NCBI GenBank assembly: GCA_035699085.1
Contig: DASSBG010000004.1
Coordinates: 50,281-114,280, forward strand
Origin: Rhodanobacteraceae bacterium
GTDB lineage: Bacteria; Pseudomonadota; Gammaproteobacteria; Xanthomonadales; Rhodanobacteraceae
Length of the DNA: 64,000 nucleotides
Reading direction: 5' to 3'
Below the pieces are notes generated by a model, which ran no database searches, was not told the origin of the DNA, and saw only the letters and a list, made by a program, of their open reading frames with translations. Each line of letters opens with the position of its first letter. Positions within the stretch are counted from its first letter, which is position 1. Below, piece after piece: positions 61,377 to 64,000 of this stretch. A program made the translations under genes and the position numbers.

Positions 61377-62724
61377 GGGCAAGCGCGTCGCCATATGGGG
61401 CTGCGGCCGCGAGGGCCGCGCCGCAGTGGCCGCGCTTCGCCGGCGGCTGGCGGGGCTGCGGCCAACGCTGCTGTGCAGCGCGCATGAGGCGGAGCAGGTG
61501 GGCGGGGCGGGCCTGCAGGTAGACGCCACACTGCCCGACGCCGCGACGCTGGGGCGCTTCGACGTCGTCATCAAGTCGCCGGGCATTTCTGCCTACAAGC
61601 CGGAAATCCTCGAAGCCTGCGCCCATGGCACGGTGTTCACCTCGGGGACGGCCCTGTGGTTCGGCGAGAACCCGGACGCGCGCGTCATCGCCGTCACCGG
61701 CACCAAGGGCAAGAGCACCACCACGGCGATGCTCGCGCACATCGCCCGGGCGCTCGGTATCCGCACGGCGCTGGCGGGCAACATCGGCCTGCCGCTGCTG
61801 GAGCTGGACGGCCAGCAGGCGGAGCTGTGGGCCATCGAATTGTCGAGCTTCCAGACCGGCGAGGCGGGGCCGCTCGATGTCGGCGTCATCACCAGCCTCC
61901 ACGAGGAGCACCTGGACTGGCACGGCTCGCGTGAGCGCTACGTGGCCGACAAGCTGAAGCTGGCCGACGCGGCGCGCCTGCTGGTGGTCAACCGGACCCC
62001 GCCGCTGTTGCTCGAACGTACCGCGCGGCACCCGCGGCGGCGCCTGTTCGGCGAAGTCGGCGGCTGGCATGTCGGGGAGTCCGGCGACCTGCGTCGCGGG
62101 ACCACCAGCGTGTTGTCGGATGCCGCGTTTCCGCTGCCCGGGCCGCACAACCGGCTGAACGCCTGCGCCGCGCTGGCCGCGCTTGACGCACTGTTGGGTC
62201 TTGGCCAGCAGCGTGCGCTGGCTGCCGCGCAGGCGCTTGGCCGCTTCGTGCCGTTGCCGCACCGCCTGCAGCCGCTCGGCCGGCACGATGGTATCGACTG
62301 GATCGACGACTCCATCAGCACCACCCCGCAGGCGACGCTGGCGGCGCTGCACAGCCTGCCCGGCCGGGCCATCACCCTGATCGTCGGTGGCCACGACCGT
62401 GGCCTCGACTGGTCGGGCTTCGCCATCCAGGCACGTCAATCCGCCGGCCTGCGCATCATCACCCAGGGTGCCAACGGCCCGCGCATCGCGGCGGAGCTGC
62501 GCGCCGCGGGTGGGCCTGCGCTGCTCGCCGAGGTGGCGACATTGGAGGAAGCCGTCGCCTGTGCCCGCACGCAGGCCGCCGCCGATGGCGTCATCCTGCT
62601 GTCACCCGGCGCGCCAAGCTTCGACCAGTTCCGCGACTACGCCGAGCGCGGCCGCCGCTTCGCCGAACTTGCCGGCTTCGACGCCGCGGCCCTCGGCGTC
62701 ATCCCCGGCCTGGGCATTTGTTGA
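61357..62724 (+). CDS. murD2: UDP-N-acetylmuramoyl-L-alanine--L-glutamate ligase (MurD2-type Mur ligase)
   Basis: ORF 61345..62724 with ATG at 61357 (MRFAQLEGKRVAIWGCGREG). Mur-ligase P-loop AVTGTKGKSTT. C-terminal domain ..HRLQ..DDSISTTP... Confidence 0.8.
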   Translation: MRFAQLEGKRVAIWGCGREGRAAVAALRRRLAGLRPTLLCSAHEAEQVGGAGLQVDATLPDAATLGRFDVVIKSPGISAYKPEILEACAHGTVFTSGTALWFGENPDARVIAVTGTKGKSTTTAMLAHIARALGIRTALAGNIGLPLLELDGQQAELWAIELSSFQTGEAGPLDVGVITSLHEEHLDWHGSRERYVADKLKLADAARLLVVNRTPPLLLERTARHPRRRLFGEVGGWHVGESGDLRRGTTSVLSDAAFPLPGPHNRLNACAALAALDALLGLGQQRALAAAQALGRFVPLPHRLQPLGRHDGIDWIDDSISTTPQATLAALHSLPGRAITLIVGGHDRGLDWSGFAIQARQSAGLRIITQGANGPRIAAELRAAGGPALLAEVATLEEAVACARTQAAADGVILLSPGAPSFDQFRDYAERGRRFAELAGFDAAALGVIPGLGIC

Positions 62725-62742
62725 CGGCCGGTATTCGTGATC

Positions 62743-62908
62743 GGGGATTGGGGATTGGAGACCAGCGCAGGGCTGGCGGTGAGCGATGCCGGCGCTACCG
62801 CAGGCGACGGGAGATCGCGCGGCAGCGGCGTCGGGGCAGGGGCGCGGCATGATCCCGCGCCTTTGCGAAGCCCTGCTCACGAATCACCAATCCCGGCTTC
62901 ACCTCACC
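62743..62908. repeat. composite heptamer-array element (GGGGATT arm / ~122-bp core / C-rich arm)
   Basis: GGGGATTGGGGATTGG at 62743-62758. The core ends with GATCCCGCGCCTTTGCG (62851-62867). GAATCACCAATCCCGGCTTCACCTCACC at 62881-62908. Confidence 0.8.
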
Positions 62909-64000
62909 AGATCTGCACGCGCTTGTCCGGAGCGAGGTAGAGCTTGGCACTCGGCTGCACGTCGAAGGCCTTGTACCAGGCATCGAGGTTGCGCACGGTT
63001 TCGGCGCGGAACTGCGGCGGCGCGTGCACGTCGGTCTTCACCCGCTGGCGCAGCGCCGCGTCGCGTGTCTTGGAGCGCCAGGTCTGGGCGAAGGCGAGGA
63101 AGAAGCGCTGGTCGCCGGTCAAGCCGTCGATCACCGGCGCCGGCTTGCCCCCCAGGGAGGTGTGGTAGGCGATGCGGGCGATGGTGAGGCCGGAGACGTC
63201 GGCAATGTTTTCCCCCAGCGTCTGTTCGCCATCAACGTGCAGGCCGGGCAGTGCCTGGTACTGGCTGAACTGTTTCGCAAGCCGGTCGGTCGCCTCCTTG
63301 AAGTGTTTCGCGTCGGCCGGCGTCCACCAGTTGTGCATGCGCCCCTGGGCATCGAACTGCGAGCCCATGTTGTCGAAGCTGTGGCTGATCTCGTGGCCGA
63401 TGACGGCGCCGATCGAGCCGTAGTTTGCGGCCGGGTCGGCGTTCGGGTCGAAGAAGGGCGGCTGCAGGATCGCCGCCGGGAAGTTCAAGGCGTTCTGCAG
63501 CGGCAGGTTGATGGCGTTGACCGTCTGCGGCGTCATCCACCATTGCCCACGGTCCACCGGCTTTCCGAGCATGCCGCGCTTGTAGTCATAATCGAGCTTG
63601 CTCACCGCAATGGCGTTGGCCAGCGGGTTGTCGGGGCTGACCGTCAACTGGTCATAGCTGCGCCAGTGCTCGGGGTAGCCGACACTTACGCGCAGCGTGT
63701 CGAGCTTGTCCTTGGCCTTCTGCCGGGTCTCCGGCGTCATCCAGTCCAGCGTGTCGATGCGCGAGCGGAAGGCGGCGATGAGGTTGTTGACCAGTTGCTG
63801 CACCTGAGCCTTGGACGACGGCGGAAAGTACTGCTTGACGTAGAGCTGCCCGACCGCATCGCCGAGCGCGCTGCTGGTGGCCGCCACCGCGCGTTTCCAG
63901 CGCGCCTCCTGCTGCGGCACGCCGCGCAGGGTCTTGCTGTGGAAGTCGAAGGCCAGGTCGGCGTAGGCCTTGGGCAGCAGCGCCGCGTACTGGTCGAGCG
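62904..64000 (-). CDS. M13 family zinc metallopeptidase (PepO / endothelin-converting-enzyme-like); N-terminal part outside the window
   Basis: VIGHEISHSF (HExxH), GENIADVSG, and C-terminal ...DKRVQIW. The frame stays open to 64000 (my translation ...LDQYAALLPKAYADLAFDFHSKTLRGVPQQEARWKR), so the track's start at 63920 is an artefact. Confidence 0.9.
   Translation of the reverse strand, partial: LDQYAALLPKAYADLAFDFHSKTLRGVPQQEARWKRAVAATSSALGDAVGQLYVKQYFPPSSKAQVQQLVNNLIAAFRSRIDTLDWMTPETRQKAKDKLDTLRVSVGYPEHWRSYDQLTVSPDNPLANAIAVSKLDYDYKRGMLGKPVDRGQWWMTPQTVNAINLPLQNALNFPAAILQPPFFDPNADPAANYGSIGAVIGHEISHSFDNMGSQFDAQGRMHNWWTPADAKHFKEATDRLAKQFSQYQALPGLHVDGEQTLGENIADVSGLTIARIAYHTSLGGKPAPVIDGLTGDQRFFLAFAQTWRSKTRDAALRQRVKTDVHAPPQFRAETVRNLDAWYKAFDVQPSAKLYLAPDKRVQIW

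Overview
High-GC chromosomal segment (about 70% GC in stretches I counted by hand) whose gene content and order match a Xanthomonadales/Lysobacterales-type gammaproteobacterium. I call about 65 protein genes and 2 tRNAs (Gln-UUG, Phe-GAA). I saw no rRNA, CRISPR, transposase, integrase or phage genes. The ORF track uses ATG/GTG/TTG starts at maximal length and omits ORFs that run off the window edges, so many starts were trimmed and two edge genes added by my own translation.

The backbone is the deeply conserved prfA-hemA <> TPR-lolB ... tRNA-Gln-prs-rplY-pth-ychF neighbourhood. It is followed by housekeeping genes: pirin, ggt, coaD, rsmD, ftsY, mutY-yggX, pntAA/AB/B, sufT-like, msrA, wrbA, yihY, acyP, an EF-G paralog, iorAB-like Mo-oxidoreductase, lysC-lysA fusion, murL-murD2 and M13 peptidase.

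I did not find a convincing new multi-gene protein system; nothing looks defence-, secretion- or BGC-like. The most unusual signal is non-coding. Nearly every longer intergenic region holds composite elements built from tandem 7-bp arrays (GGGGAAT, GGGACCC, GTGACCC, GGGACCA, GGTGAGC and similar). Five of them have a G-rich arm, a 114-125 bp core and an inverted C-rich arm. They have a polarity motif next to one arm and a strong tendency to sit G-rich on the sense strand right after stop codons. In two cases the array encodes the last codons of an essential gene.

Other points:
- A 7.4-kb stress-type gene block lies where ispE is expected.
- The pnt operon is split by an antisense ECF sigma module.
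- A 1.65-kb low-GC islet carries frame-disrupted ORFs.
- Near-perfect 35-bp inverted repeats bracket a small asparaginase-like gene.
- A tightly overlapped lysCA-murL-murD2 operon is present.
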